The position numbers and the translations under genes are program-made. This document shows positions 1-9,569 of a DNA stretch of 32,000 nucleotides, one piece after another. The notes beneath the pieces are model-generated. The model was not told where the DNA came from, searched no databases, and worked only from the letters and a program-made list of their open reading frames with translations. Source of the stretch: Candidatus Heimdallarchaeota archaeon. Its GTDB lineage: Archaea; Asgardarchaeota; Heimdallarchaeia; Heimdallarchaeales; Heimdallarchaeaceae. Position 1 is the stretch's first letter. Each line of letters opens with the position of its first letter. The stretch lies in contig DAOVER010000027.1 in NCBI GenBank assembly GCA_030668875.1, forward strand, positions 7,408 to 39,407, in the 5' to 3' direction.

Positions 1-2
1 AA

Positions 3-698
3 ACTGCACTAATCGTAATTAGTATAGGATTTTTCATAATAATTATTGCATCAATTTTCTCAATCAGTACGGTAAATAAGTATATCAATAGCAATTTTGC
101 AGAACTAGAACTATTTGTTTCATATACAGAAGTAGAAATAGCTGGCAGTTTAATTACTGCTCTTATATTGACTGCGTTAGCGAAGATAATCCTTGTAATC
201 GCATTTTTATTAGGTTTGATTAGTTTCCTACGAAGAACTAACAAACAATTTACAATCATTATCTTTGTTACCACTTTGCTTTACGGCATCTTGAAATTGA
301 TTAACTCTATACTTTCCTTAATTTATAGTTTGTCAATTTTTTCTCCTGATGCTGAAATCGATGTGTATATGGTATACTATAAACGACTTATGACTACAAT
401 TGGTTTAACCAATATGAATATGGCTATTTATTGGATTGTCTTCATCGTGGGAGTTTTTGGTGTATTGAAATCAATAGTTTTTGAAGAAATGTCTACCATA
501 ACTAGTCAGAAAACACCTAGAATATCTAGAACAGCAGATATACCATTCCGAGAAAATGTTCTACCTTATGAGAAACCACTAATTCCTCAACAACAAGCAG
601 CAGCTCCTGAATCAAGGTTCTGTACAGTTTGTGGAACCATTGCTGAGGATGATAGTATTGTTTGTGCCACTTGTGGAGCGTATGTACAAAACGAGTAA
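3..698 (+). CDS. Multi-pass membrane protein with Pro/Gln-rich linker and C-terminal double zinc ribbon; 5'-partial (runs off the window edge)
   Basis: The frame of track ORF 168..698 is open back to position 3 (TALIVISIGFFIIIIASIF...), so the TTG at 168 is internal. Several hydrophobic helices, then PQQQAAAP, then FCTVCG-x8-VCATCG. Confidence 0.85.
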   Translation, partial: TALIVISIGFFIIIIASIFSISTVNKYINSNFAELELFVSYTEVEIAGSLITALILTALAKIILVIAFLLGLISFLRRTNKQFTIIIFVTTLLYGILKLINSILSLIYSLSIFSPDAEIDVYMVYYKRLMTTIGLTNMNMAIYWIVFIVGVFGVLKSIVFEEMSTITSQKTPRISRTADIPFRENVLPYEKPLIPQQQAAAPESRFCTVCGTIAEDDSIVCATCGAYVQNE

Positions 699-788
699 AT
701 GTTTGGAAAATGTTGACGAAAGAAGTTTTCTAAATTAAAAAAATCTTAACTAATCAATCAAAGAAGATAAGTTTTCTAGATAGATTGG

Positions 789-822
789 TTTGTTCACTTT
801 TCATATTCGTGGAATGAACAAA
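789..822. terminator. Candidate hairpin between convergent genes
   Basis: TTTGTTCA (789-796) / TGAACAAA (815-822) inverted repeat with a further 5-bp inner stem, between stops at 698 (+) and 837 (-). Confidence 0.3.
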
Positions 823-836
823 AAACGAGAATATAT

Positions 837-2945
837 TTATTTTCTTCTTCTTTTGGAGAATCCTATTACTGTAATTACCATGGCTATGAAAATCATTGTA
901 GCAGGAATATAACTGACAATAAAAGTGCCATCATTTGGATCTATCTCTGTATAAAAATCATCATAAATTGAGATGTTTAGTTTGTAAAAGATACTCGAAG
1001 AAGAATCTGTAATCCAAAGATATCCATCATCATCATAACAAATGCCATTTGGATTGATTTGTTGAAATTGATACTCCTGTACTATAGTATTATTTTCTGG
1101 GAAAATCCGGAAAATTGTTCGTAAATCTTTATCACATACCCACAAGAATATACCATCATACACCATCCCTTTTATATTAGGTCCAGGTGTTGTTATTTCG
1201 GAAATAATTGATCCATCGTTTAAATCAATTTTATATATCTTAGCAGTCTGCTTATTTCCTACAAACATATAAGGATCATTAGAATCAGTATTGAAAACTG
1301 TAAGTCCATTTTCATAGATTACATCGATTTGTAGAATTTCCACAGTATTGAAGTTTTCATCTAATATGTACAGATATGACTTGCCTTTCTCCATACAGAA
1401 GAAGTGTGATCCATTTGTATCAAAGTTATTAATTCTTATCCCTGAAATCTCCCAAGAATCTACAAACTCCTTAGTTAGTGAATCAAATTGATGAATAACA
1501 TCTGTTCTTTGTGTAGCAACCAGCAAGTTATCGTTATAAGAAACGATCCCACTAGGATTTGAGTCAGGGGAGACAAAATACGAATCTACATAGCTATCAT
1601 GAAGAATTGATTCAGAGACATTAATACTAATTTGCAAATTCCTAACCCAAAATTCTTGATTCCAATCCATAGACCAACCATCACTAAAGTAAAAAAAGAG
1701 AATAATCTCTTCGTATCCATCTAAAATGAATGTTTTATTGTATTGTTCAAAATCAGTCATTGGAATGTCAGAACTTAAAATAACTGGATAATTGAATATT
1801 TCTTGTTTAAATACAGAATCACAAATTCTAACATCTAATCTTGCAGCATAAGTATAATCAGAAATAGCTTTTCCTTCAAAGGATAAACTGAGTAAACCAT
1901 TAGTAACAGGGATCGAAGCACTAGCACCAACCCACAAATCATGTGTATAACCTTCTTCAAGTACATGAAGAACAGTATCATTGACATCATAAATCAAAGG
2001 TTCATAGGGAGAAACATTTAGAGGTAAAGAGCAATCTCTCTCACATACTCCGAAGGACCAGTCAAAGTCACCTATTGTAAGGAAAGGTTCTTCAGAAACA
2101 CGAACATAAGTTTGATCTATTGCAGAATTATTGAATCGGTCTGTTACATTAATAGTAAATGTGTGGGTTCCTATTTCTAAATTATCAACATTAAGACTCA
2201 CTGTATCAAGATTATTCCAACCTCTCGATTCCACCAATTCTTCATCTTTATAAATCTCAAAAGTACCAGGGCATGAATCAGAAAGTGTCCAGCTGATTTG
2301 ATTACCATAGGAACTTTGTTCAATAAATAAATCCCCACTACTAGAAATTACAGGAGAATCTTCGTCAATAAACTCTTCAAAAGCAAGATTCCTTATCCAT
2401 ACTTCTTGGTTCCAATTAGCAGTTGTTGCATCAATGAAGAAAAAGAAAAGATAAACCTCAGTATACCCTTCTAATTCAAAACGATAATTAAATTGATGAT
2501 AACCGGTATCAAAAGGTGCAAAGTCTATTTCTCCTTGTAAATCGTAAGCACGAGCACCTGTTAAATACTTCATATCAGAAGAATTTATAGTAAGGAGACC
2601 AAAAGTGACAGCTTCTTTGATATCTGCTAGAGCTCTAGCTTCAAAAGTTAGAGAGAGAACACCATCAGTAACTGGAACTAAGGCATATACACCAGCAAAA
2701 TAGTGATATTCGCCTCCAGAGGTTTCAAAAATATGAATGTGAGTGGAGTTAATCTCACTATCAAAATTCGCAGGAGTGTAATCTGCAAAACCTGTTTCGT
2801 AATTAGGTAGGAAACTACCTTCATTCCAAGTTAAATCCTCAATTATTGTACCGATTTCAGAAGAAAAACTAACTGCTACAATTGTACAAGTCATTAGAAG
2901 GATAATAATAGTTGTTATTGAAAGTTTCTTCCCATTCATATACAT
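837..2945 (-). CDS. Membrane-anchored surface protein: signal/TM, two copies of a ~155-aa beta-rich domain separated by an Ig-like domain, NHL/glutamine-cyclotransferase-like beta-propeller, C-terminal TM + KRRRK
   Basis: Likely start ATG 2945 or 2939 (MYMNGKKLSITTIIILL...), not 3011. Repeats share PVT(D/N)G(V/L)LSL(T/S)FE and WNQE(V/F)W(I/V)RNL. Propeller blades SPDSNPSGI, TPGPNIKGMVYDG, NPNGICYDDDGYLWITDS. Confidence 0.85.
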   Translation of the reverse strand: MYMNGKKLSITTIIILLMTCTIVAVSFSSEIGTIIEDLTWNEGSFLPNYETGFADYTPANFDSEINSTHIHIFETSGGEYHYFAGVYALVPVTDGVLSLTFEARALADIKEAVTFGLLTINSSDMKYLTGARAYDLQGEIDFAPFDTGYHQFNYRFELEGYTEVYLFFFFIDATTANWNQEVWIRNLAFEEFIDEDSPVISSSGDLFIEQSSYGNQISWTLSDSCPGTFEIYKDEELVESRGWNNLDTVSLNVDNLEIGTHTFTINVTDRFNNSAIDQTYVRVSEEPFLTIGDFDWSFGVCERDCSLPLNVSPYEPLIYDVNDTVLHVLEEGYTHDLWVGASASIPVTNGLLSLSFEGKAISDYTYAARLDVRICDSVFKQEIFNYPVILSSDIPMTDFEQYNKTFILDGYEEIILFFYFSDGWSMDWNQEFWVRNLQISINVSESILHDSYVDSYFVSPDSNPSGIVSYNDNLLVATQRTDVIHQFDSLTKEFVDSWEISGIRINNFDTNGSHFFCMEKGKSYLYILDENFNTVEILQIDVIYENGLTVFNTDSNDPYMFVGNKQTAKIYKIDLNDGSIISEITTPGPNIKGMVYDGIFLWVCDKDLRTIFRIFPENNTIVQEYQFQQINPNGICYDDDGYLWITDSSSSIFYKLNISIYDDFYTEIDPNDGTFIVSYIPATMIFIAMVITVIGFSKRRRK

Positions 2946-3048
2946 AATTAGTAACTTGAACCTTTTTAAACTAATCTCTCTATCTTCAAGTCTTTTTCTG
3001 ACTATTAGCACTTTCTAGAGCTAAATGAAGAACAAAAAAGCTACCACC

Positions 3049-3056
3049 TTTATAAA
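3049..3056. promoter_or_regulatory. Candidate palindromic TATA box in a divergent promoter region
   Basis: TTTATAAA is self-complementary and lies between the divergent starts at 2945 (-) and 3106 (+). Confidence 0.3.
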
Positions 3057-3105
3057 CGAATTTGGGGAATAGTAGACTGAATCAACAATAAAAGGTTAAA
3101 GACAA

Positions 3106-4572
3106 ATGGCTACATCCCTAGATTCATTACCGTTATTAAGAGATGGGAAGGAATATTTAAGTCAAAGCAGAAAGACTTTGATTGGAACTAAAGGGGAAAA
3201 ACTGCTGGACGTTGCATTGGCACCTGAAATCCACATTCAGATGAGTCTTCCAATTAACAAAAAAGCAGGTTTTTCACTATTACAAGATTTAAGCATAGAT
3301 GAAATTGTAGACATTTATGTTGACGCTGGAAGAATTTTCGCTCAAGATATGTTAATTAATAACATCTCGACCTCACTGGATGATTTTGCAGAATTGATCA
3401 CGCGTTCCACAGGGATGCCCATCACCTATGTGAACAACGCTTTGAATATGATCCCACATGTTTTCAAGAAAAGAGAACTAAAAAGGATTCTAAAAGCAAA
3501 CAGCCCAACAGGAAATCTAGATATTTACGATGACAATTTTGGAGTAAGAGGGAATACACGTTTTGGTTGGAGTCCAAGAGGAAGAAATGTTGGCGTTGCA
3601 CTACCGGGTAACCATCCTGGAGTATCGCTTATGGGCGCTTTAATGCCTCTTTTCAAGATGCCAGCTATATTGCGAGCATCATCTAATGAACCCTTTACTT
3701 CTTTCCGTATTTGCAAGAGTTTGTGGGAAGCAGGACTACCACCTGAATCATTATTTCACTTTGTTACAGATCACTCTGTAGTAGACACTATCGTTAGAAA
3801 AAGTGACCTTGGAGTGATATTTGGCTCAGATTGGATCCTAAAAGCTTACGAACATAATGAGAACATCAAGACTTATGGTCCCGGTAAGAGCAAGATACTT
3901 ATCGATATTGAAAACATGTCCCCTACTCTACAAGAACTATCTCAAGAAATAGCATATAGAAGTATCTCTTTAGATGGTGGAAGAGGGTGTATCAATGCAA
4001 GTGGAATTGTTTACAATGGTGATGACGGTTACGAAGAATTTCGAGATAATTTAGCTCAAAAATTAGCTTCAGCAGAACCTTTGGATCCAATGAATCCACG
4101 TGCAGAGATTCCAGCTATGAACCCTGATGCTGCAAGAGGACTTTATAAATTCATTAAAAGTCGGATGGATGATAAAATCACAAACATTACGGCGAAAATC
4201 AGAGACTCTGAAGATTTTCTTGTAATAAAAGATGACTTAGCTTATCTCATGCCAACCTTACTTGAGTTGGATGAAAAACATTCTATGAGAACTGATGAGT
4301 ACCCATTTGCTTTTGGGACAATAACAAAACCAAACGATTACTATCCTGAGGAGCTTTTAGAAAATTCCTTATCCGTAGGCTATCTTACTGATCACCCAAA
4401 TGAAGCTAAGAAACTACTTCGTAATCCAACCATCCAGAAAATATTTGTTAATGATCAAACATTTCTAATGGATATTGCAGCGCCTCATGAAGGATTTAAC
4501 GCAGAATTTCTCTACAGAAGCAAAGCAACAAATTATGATGGAGTTAATAACTTTCTAAAAACTGATAATTGA
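3106..4572 (+). CDS. Aldehyde dehydrogenase superfamily protein, LuxC/acyl-CoA-reductase/GriD-like branch
   Basis: GVALPGNHPG, EPFTSFRI, YGPGKSK in place of the classical ELGGK, catalytic Cys in DGGRGCINASG, terminal PHEG motif. Confidence 0.8.
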   Translation: MATSLDSLPLLRDGKEYLSQSRKTLIGTKGEKLLDVALAPEIHIQMSLPINKKAGFSLLQDLSIDEIVDIYVDAGRIFAQDMLINNISTSLDDFAELITRSTGMPITYVNNALNMIPHVFKKRELKRILKANSPTGNLDIYDDNFGVRGNTRFGWSPRGRNVGVALPGNHPGVSLMGALMPLFKMPAILRASSNEPFTSFRICKSLWEAGLPPESLFHFVTDHSVVDTIVRKSDLGVIFGSDWILKAYEHNENIKTYGPGKSKILIDIENMSPTLQELSQEIAYRSISLDGGRGCINASGIVYNGDDGYEEFRDNLAQKLASAEPLDPMNPRAEIPAMNPDAARGLYKFIKSRMDDKITNITAKIRDSEDFLVIKDDLAYLMPTLLELDEKHSMRTDEYPFAFGTITKPNDYYPEELLENSLSVGYLTDHPNEAKKLLRNPTIQKIFVNDQTFLMDIAAPHEGFNAEFLYRSKATNYDGVNNFLKTDN

Positions 4573-4632
4573 TTAATCTCCCTCTTTTTCCTATTACATT
4601 TACTTTTTATTTTGTAACAAATTAGTACTCTT

Positions 4633-4773
4633 ATGATTTGCCCTCGTTGTCGTAATGTGCAGAAGAAAAAAGTTTCTATGAAAACAGTAAAACGAAAAGG
4701 TGGGTTTCACAAACAAACAAAATTCCAATGTCCTAATTGCGGACTCATACGCATGAAAAAGAATAGGAACTAG
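4633..4773 (+). CDS. Small basic zinc-ribbon protein, 46 aa (not in ORF track)
   Basis: My translation: MICPRCRNVQKKKVSMKTVKRKGGFHKQTKFQCPNCGLIRMKKNRN*; CPRC...CPNC pair, ATG start, same strand as neighbours. Confidence 0.8.
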   Translation: MICPRCRNVQKKKVSMKTVKRKGGFHKQTKFQCPNCGLIRMKKNRN

Positions 4774-5017
4774 AAATCTTATTTGGATTTAGATTTGATT
4801 TTCACAGAGAAAGAAGATATGATACTAGCTAATAAACACTCATAAATATTTTCTCATTCTTTGAACTGCATTAACAGTAAATAACAAAAAAGTCAGCTTT
4901 TTTTGATGAAAATTGTTCTCAGTATATAAACCAATTTCAGAATAATAAGTAAACGATCTTTGCAGCAACTCAATTTCAAACAAAATTGAGTTCAGTTAGA
5001 TATCTTGTGTGGATAAG

Positions 5018-6799
5018 ATGAAGGAAAAAGGAGATACATTTAGTCAAATTGTGTTGGGAGTTGCTTCAAAGGAAAACACTCTCCTATTCCTCACGCCATA
5101 TTATGACAAATCTCATGTATCGTCAATTCTAATCAGATATTTCTTAAAAAAACATCCTGAACAAAAAATTGGTATAATCCTACCTGATACGGATGTTTTC
5201 AATGAGTATTATTCTAAACTCAGTTCAGAAAAGGAAGATGTTTTTCATCTAACTACAGTTAATTCTTCAGATTCTGATGATAGTCGGAGAGAGAAGTATT
5301 CCAAAAACAACATCTTAATCATCACCCCTCACCTACTAAGGAACGATACTTTCCGCAAATTTATCTCTCCTAATCAATTCAGATTACTCATAGTTGATCA
5401 ATCTCATTTAGCTAAAGGAAAACACGCAATTGTTAAGCTTCTAGAAATCTTTCATCAGAATAATCCTATGGTCAGAACAGTAGGATATACTTCCCATAAT
5501 CTTAACAAGGTTGAAAATATAGTCGAGATTTGTAAGAATCTCTTAATCATGAAAATAGAGGTTTATGAAAATTTTAGTCCCCGCGCTGCTTACGAGAGAA
5601 CAAAGGCAAAAGAGCAAACAATTATCGTCCCTCTGAATAAACCAATCTACGATTTCTGTTTTGAAATTAATCGGTATATTAGAGAATACACAGAATTTCT
5701 TAAGAGTAAAGGAATCATTAAACCCATAACTGTCAGAAAGAATTTTCCACAATTTATTTCTGATGTCCGTTCCAAATTCGAACAAAATGAACAACGGATC
5801 ATTATTCGCAAAACTATTGAGTTAATTAATTTTCAGATGTTGAAAGATTTAATAGAGACTTCAGGTACAAAAGCAGCTATACGTTACATGGAAAATCTCC
5901 GAGCTAGAGTGGTCAAAACAGAAGAAGCTGAATATATCAAAAATCTACATGTTAATTTCGTTCGAACACCAATTTTCGCTGAGTTTTTAGAAGAACTTAA
6001 TCAAATAAGCGAGAAGACCAACCACCCAAAGTTTTCAAGGTTAAAACAGTTAGTCCATCAATTAAAAATGAAAAGGAACTTCTCTCAATTTCAGGTTATT
6101 GCATCAAATAAAGCTGTTTTAGCTAGTCTACCAGCTTATTTCGATGAAATTGGTATGCAAAGTAAGATTGTATCTCCAAGTAGAAAAAAGGAAAAAGAGA
6201 GTGTGATTGATGACTTCAAGAATGGAAATATTCAAGTGCTTATCTCTAGTAAGGTTTTGGATATTAAATCAGATGCTTTAATCTTCTTTAATAATCCAAT
6301 AAAATATACAACTTTTATTGAAAGAGCAAGTAGTGAGAGCGAGGTTTACATACTGCTCACACACAGATCTAATGAAGAGAGAGTATATCACAATTTTAGA
6401 AACCGTGAGAAGAATTTTAAGAATAAGTTAGATGACCCGCGCATTCATCAAATCTTAGTACAAAACCAACAACAGATGTTCAAGAAAAATATGGACAAAA
6501 AGATGGATGTTAGAACTAGAGCAATGGTGAATGTAGTTAGTGCTTTAGCAAAAAATAGGAAAGAGAAAAAGGGTATAAGAAAAGAAGTCGAACATAATTT
6601 GGAAGAACTGAAGTACATCCAATTTCTAACAAAATGCTCAATAGAAGATGCAAAGTTGATTTTCAATGAAAATCCGGAAATTGAAAAAATCAAACCTGAT
6701 TTATCTACACAGAAACTATTGAAGAATATTTTCTCTGAAAAAAAAGCAGAACATTTGTTTAGTAACATAAAAGGAAGGAAAGAACTTGTATCAACTTAA
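5018..6799 (+). CDS. Hef/FANCM (ERCC4-helicase)-like SF2 protein with degenerate catalytic motifs, no ERCC4 nuclease domain, HhH-like tail
   Basis: Colinear with archaeal Hef (NTLLFL, TPHLLRND, EICKNL, HPKFSRLKQL, FKNGNIQVLIS), but Walker A reads TPYYDKS, DEAH reads DQSH, TASP reads TSHN and motif VI QRxGRxGR is absent. Start ATG 5018 or GTG 5009. Confidence 0.8.
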   Translation: MKEKGDTFSQIVLGVASKENTLLFLTPYYDKSHVSSILIRYFLKKHPEQKIGIILPDTDVFNEYYSKLSSEKEDVFHLTTVNSSDSDDSRREKYSKNNILIITPHLLRNDTFRKFISPNQFRLLIVDQSHLAKGKHAIVKLLEIFHQNNPMVRTVGYTSHNLNKVENIVEICKNLLIMKIEVYENFSPRAAYERTKAKEQTIIVPLNKPIYDFCFEINRYIREYTEFLKSKGIIKPITVRKNFPQFISDVRSKFEQNEQRIIIRKTIELINFQMLKDLIETSGTKAAIRYMENLRARVVKTEEAEYIKNLHVNFVRTPIFAEFLEELNQISEKTNHPKFSRLKQLVHQLKMKRNFSQFQVIASNKAVLASLPAYFDEIGMQSKIVSPSRKKEKESVIDDFKNGNIQVLISSKVLDIKSDALIFFNNPIKYTTFIERASSESEVYILLTHRSNEERVYHNFRNREKNFKNKLDDPRIHQILVQNQQQMFKKNMDKKMDVRTRAMVNVVSALAKNRKEKKGIRKEVEHNLEELKYIQFLTKCSIEDAKLIFNENPEIEKIKPDLSTQKLLKNIFSEKKAEHLFSNIKGRKELVST

Positions 6800-8579
6800 C
6801 GAAGAAGAGACACAGTACTGGGAAACGGTCAAAATCTTATTTCCTTACCCTCAGATGAAGTTACCTCAGCAAAAAATAATTCAATCAATAATTTCATCAT
6901 CTAACCCTTTGCTCGTAAGTTCTCATACAGGTGTTGGGAAGACAGCTGCAGTTATGGCTGCATATCTAGCTATTAAAAAACCCGATGAAAAGATAATTGT
7001 TTTTGTAAGAACCAAAGCTCAAATCAACGTATTCCTCAGAGAATTATCTAATATACACAATCAGATAGTTCAACATTGGAACATTCTCGAAGACCATTTT
7101 GGGAATTTCCCGATATTCTTACCCTTTCTTGGGAAAAACGAATTGTGTTTGAAAGCTAAGAAAGAGTATCCTGGAGAGATGTATACACACATCTGTAACT
7201 TAACCAGATGCCCTTTAAAAGCTAAAACACAGAGAGCAACAAGAGAAGATTTACTAGATTCAGTAAGAGGACTATATCATTCCTTTTCACATATTATTTC
7301 TAGAGAAGACCTATATTCAAATCTGAATGCAAAAAACTATTGTCCATATTTCTATTCATATTATCTCATGCAAAAAGCAGATGTTATTATAACCTCATAT
7401 CCTTTCCTTGAGAACCAAGCATTATTTGCAAGATTGTTCTATAGTATTGATACACCGATTTCAAAGACACTTGCTCTAGTTGATGAAGCTCACAATTTGT
7501 ATAAACCCATCAATCAAGAAATCAATAAAAAAATTATTGAAAACGCTCTAGAAGAGTTATCGAACAGTATTTTCTCCGATTTGTTGGATTTAACCAATAA
7601 TAACAAAGTAATTGAAATAGATTTTTCAGAGCTAGAAATAAAACGATTGGAAGAGGATTTATTCAGTTTACTTCAGTCACAAATGGCTTACAAACAACCC
7701 ATGGCTTTCAATGCATATCTTGCTTATCATTTCTTGAAGTCAGCTCAAAACAAAAAGGTAATTTCGGATGGAAAGAAATTGTTAGTAGTTAATACTAGAT
7801 CATCAGACATTTTAAGCAATTTCAGCAAAGCAAAACGATTGACACTTATGTCTGGGAGTTTAGAACCTGTCCGTTCATATCAAAGAATCTTCCAATTACC
7901 CCGTTCTAGAACATTGAGAGTTTTACCTCCTAAAGAAGAAATTGAGAGTAGATATTTTGTTGTTGTTAACCAGAAATTGAATGCTAAGTATGATAATAGA
8001 ACACCTGAATATTATATCCTTGTAAGTAGCACGATTAGAAATCTTTTCGAAGAAATACCAGGACACACACTTGTTTTTGTTCCAAGCTATAGTTATATCG
8101 AAAAATTACTTGACACAAATGTGCTTCAACCAGATATTGTAGAATCACCTGGGCAAGATATTACAACTTTACAAGCAATCATTGCCAGCTCAGAAGAGAA
8201 AAAACTAATAATTTGCGTTACTGGAGGAAAAATAGCTGAAGGAATTGAATTTACGGTAGATGGCAAAAGTCTAATTAAAGGAATAATCATAACCGCACTA
8301 CCATTCCCCCCTCCATCAGAAGAGAACAAAATCATTCATGAAGACTTATCAAAACGGTTCGATCCTAAACTTGCTCGAGATTTTTCATTAATAATACCAA
8401 TGCTCCAACGCTTATCTCAAAGCTTTGGAAGAGCTATAAGAAATAAGGGTGATAAAGCAGTTCACATTCTTTTAGATCCAAGAGGTACAAAGTATACTCG
8501 TGAGTTCAATTTCGAACGGCATACATCTATTAAAACGTTGAAAGAGAAGATAAAGTTGTTTTTTAAAGAATTTAAGTGA
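6786..8579 (+). CDS. xpd: XPD/Rad3/DinG-family Fe-S ATP-dependent DNA helicase
   Basis: HTGVGKT (I), four Cys (ELC, HIC, TRC, NYCPY) in the Fe-S region, VDEAHNL (II), MSGSL (III), EGIEF (V), QSFGRAIR (VI). TTG start with GGAAGG upstream; overlaps previous gene by 14 nt. Confidence 0.9.
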   Translation: MYQLNEEETQYWETVKILFPYPQMKLPQQKIIQSIISSSNPLLVSSHTGVGKTAAVMAAYLAIKKPDEKIIVFVRTKAQINVFLRELSNIHNQIVQHWNILEDHFGNFPIFLPFLGKNELCLKAKKEYPGEMYTHICNLTRCPLKAKTQRATREDLLDSVRGLYHSFSHIISREDLYSNLNAKNYCPYFYSYYLMQKADVIITSYPFLENQALFARLFYSIDTPISKTLALVDEAHNLYKPINQEINKKIIENALEELSNSIFSDLLDLTNNNKVIEIDFSELEIKRLEEDLFSLLQSQMAYKQPMAFNAYLAYHFLKSAQNKKVISDGKKLLVVNTRSSDILSNFSKAKRLTLMSGSLEPVRSYQRIFQLPRSRTLRVLPPKEEIESRYFVVVNQKLNAKYDNRTPEYYILVSSTIRNLFEEIPGHTLVFVPSYSYIEKLLDTNVLQPDIVESPGQDITTLQAIIASSEEKKLIICVTGGKIAEGIEFTVDGKSLIKGIIITALPFPPPSEENKIIHEDLSKRFDPKLARDFSLIIPMLQRLSQSFGRAIRNKGDKAVHILLDPRGTKYTREFNFERHTSIKTLKEKIKLFFKEFK

Positions 8580-8598
8580 ACACTCATCACGATGAAGA

Positions 8599-9495
8599 TT
8601 AAACATCTCTGAAATTTCTAGCGATTACCAATCCAAAAACTTCTGTTCCAGTATGACATGTGATTATATTTCCAAGAAGAAAATCCACCAATTTTGTTAT
8701 TTTTGGGATCTTCATCTTAAGAAGCTTTTCTCTGAAATAATCATTTTTTTCTCTAGGTCTTAACTGTGCAAAACTTATGTGAATTTCATCATCCTTATTA
8801 AAGAATTCCTGAATCAATCGAATAATTTTGTTTATTGCTCGCTCAAATCCTATCTCTCTTCCCACAGATTTAAGTTTACCACCCACAAGTGATAATATAG
8901 GATAAGCATGGAGAAGATCTCCTAACAGATATGTTGCCCTTCCGATTCTACCACCTTCAAATAGTTTTTTTAAATCTGAAACTGTAAAAAAAACTTTGAT
9001 GTCATGATCTCTGCTCTCATCTAATTTTTTAATAATCTCGTCTACTTCTAACCCTTGATCTACCAATTGTTTAGCAATCATAGCTAGATACCCAGCAGCA
9101 AGTGAAACACCTTTAGAATCATAAACTGTTATTCCAGAACAATTCGGGTTTTTTCTTTTAAACTGCTTGATCACACTTCTTATAGCATTTATAGTCCCAG
9201 AAAGTTTTTCACCTACATGTATCATTATAAGATGATCATAATCTTGGTGTTTCTCTATTGCTTCCCATATGCTACTGGGGCTAGGTAAACTTGTTTGAGA
9301 CTTCTTTGAATTATCAATCATGTCATAGAATTCTGATTGAGGAATAGAGCCATCGTCTAGAATGTCTTCACCATCAATTACTACATAACATGGAATAACT
9401 TCTAAATCGTGTTTTTCGACTTGTTCTGGTGTAAGATTACCTGTAGAATCAGTAATAATTTTGATTTTCACATCATTCAAAAAGAATAACTTCAT
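8599..9495 (-). CDS. degV: DegV (FakB-like) fatty-acid-binding protein
   Basis: IITDST, QTSLPS, LSGTINA, YDSKGVS, GGRIG, CHTG motifs; 298 aa. Confidence 0.92.
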   Translation of the reverse strand: MKLFFLNDVKIKIITDSTGNLTPEQVEKHDLEVIPCYVVIDGEDILDDGSIPQSEFYDMIDNSKKSQTSLPSPSSIWEAIEKHQDYDHLIMIHVGEKLSGTINAIRSVIKQFKRKNPNCSGITVYDSKGVSLAAGYLAMIAKQLVDQGLEVDEIIKKLDESRDHDIKVFFTVSDLKKLFEGGRIGRATYLLGDLLHAYPILSLVGGKLKSVGREIGFERAINKIIRLIQEFFNKDDEIHISFAQLRPREKNDYFREKLLKMKIPKITKLVDFLLGNIITCHTGTEVFGLVIARNFRDV

Positions 9496-9569
9496 TAAAA
9501 AACTATTTTGTTTTTATGAGTAGAGAATAGTAAGCTAACACTTTTATTTCCAGTGACATAACTTTTTCC

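Noticed and set aside
168-170. TTG start proposed by the ORF track
   Set aside because: The frame is open to the window edge with continuous membrane-protein sequence, so the true start is upstream of the window.
6786-6799. Possible programmed frameshift fusing the Hef-like and XPD genes
   Set aside because: The XPD gene has its own TTG with GGAAGG upstream and a complete N-terminus; a short overlap is ordinary translational coupling.
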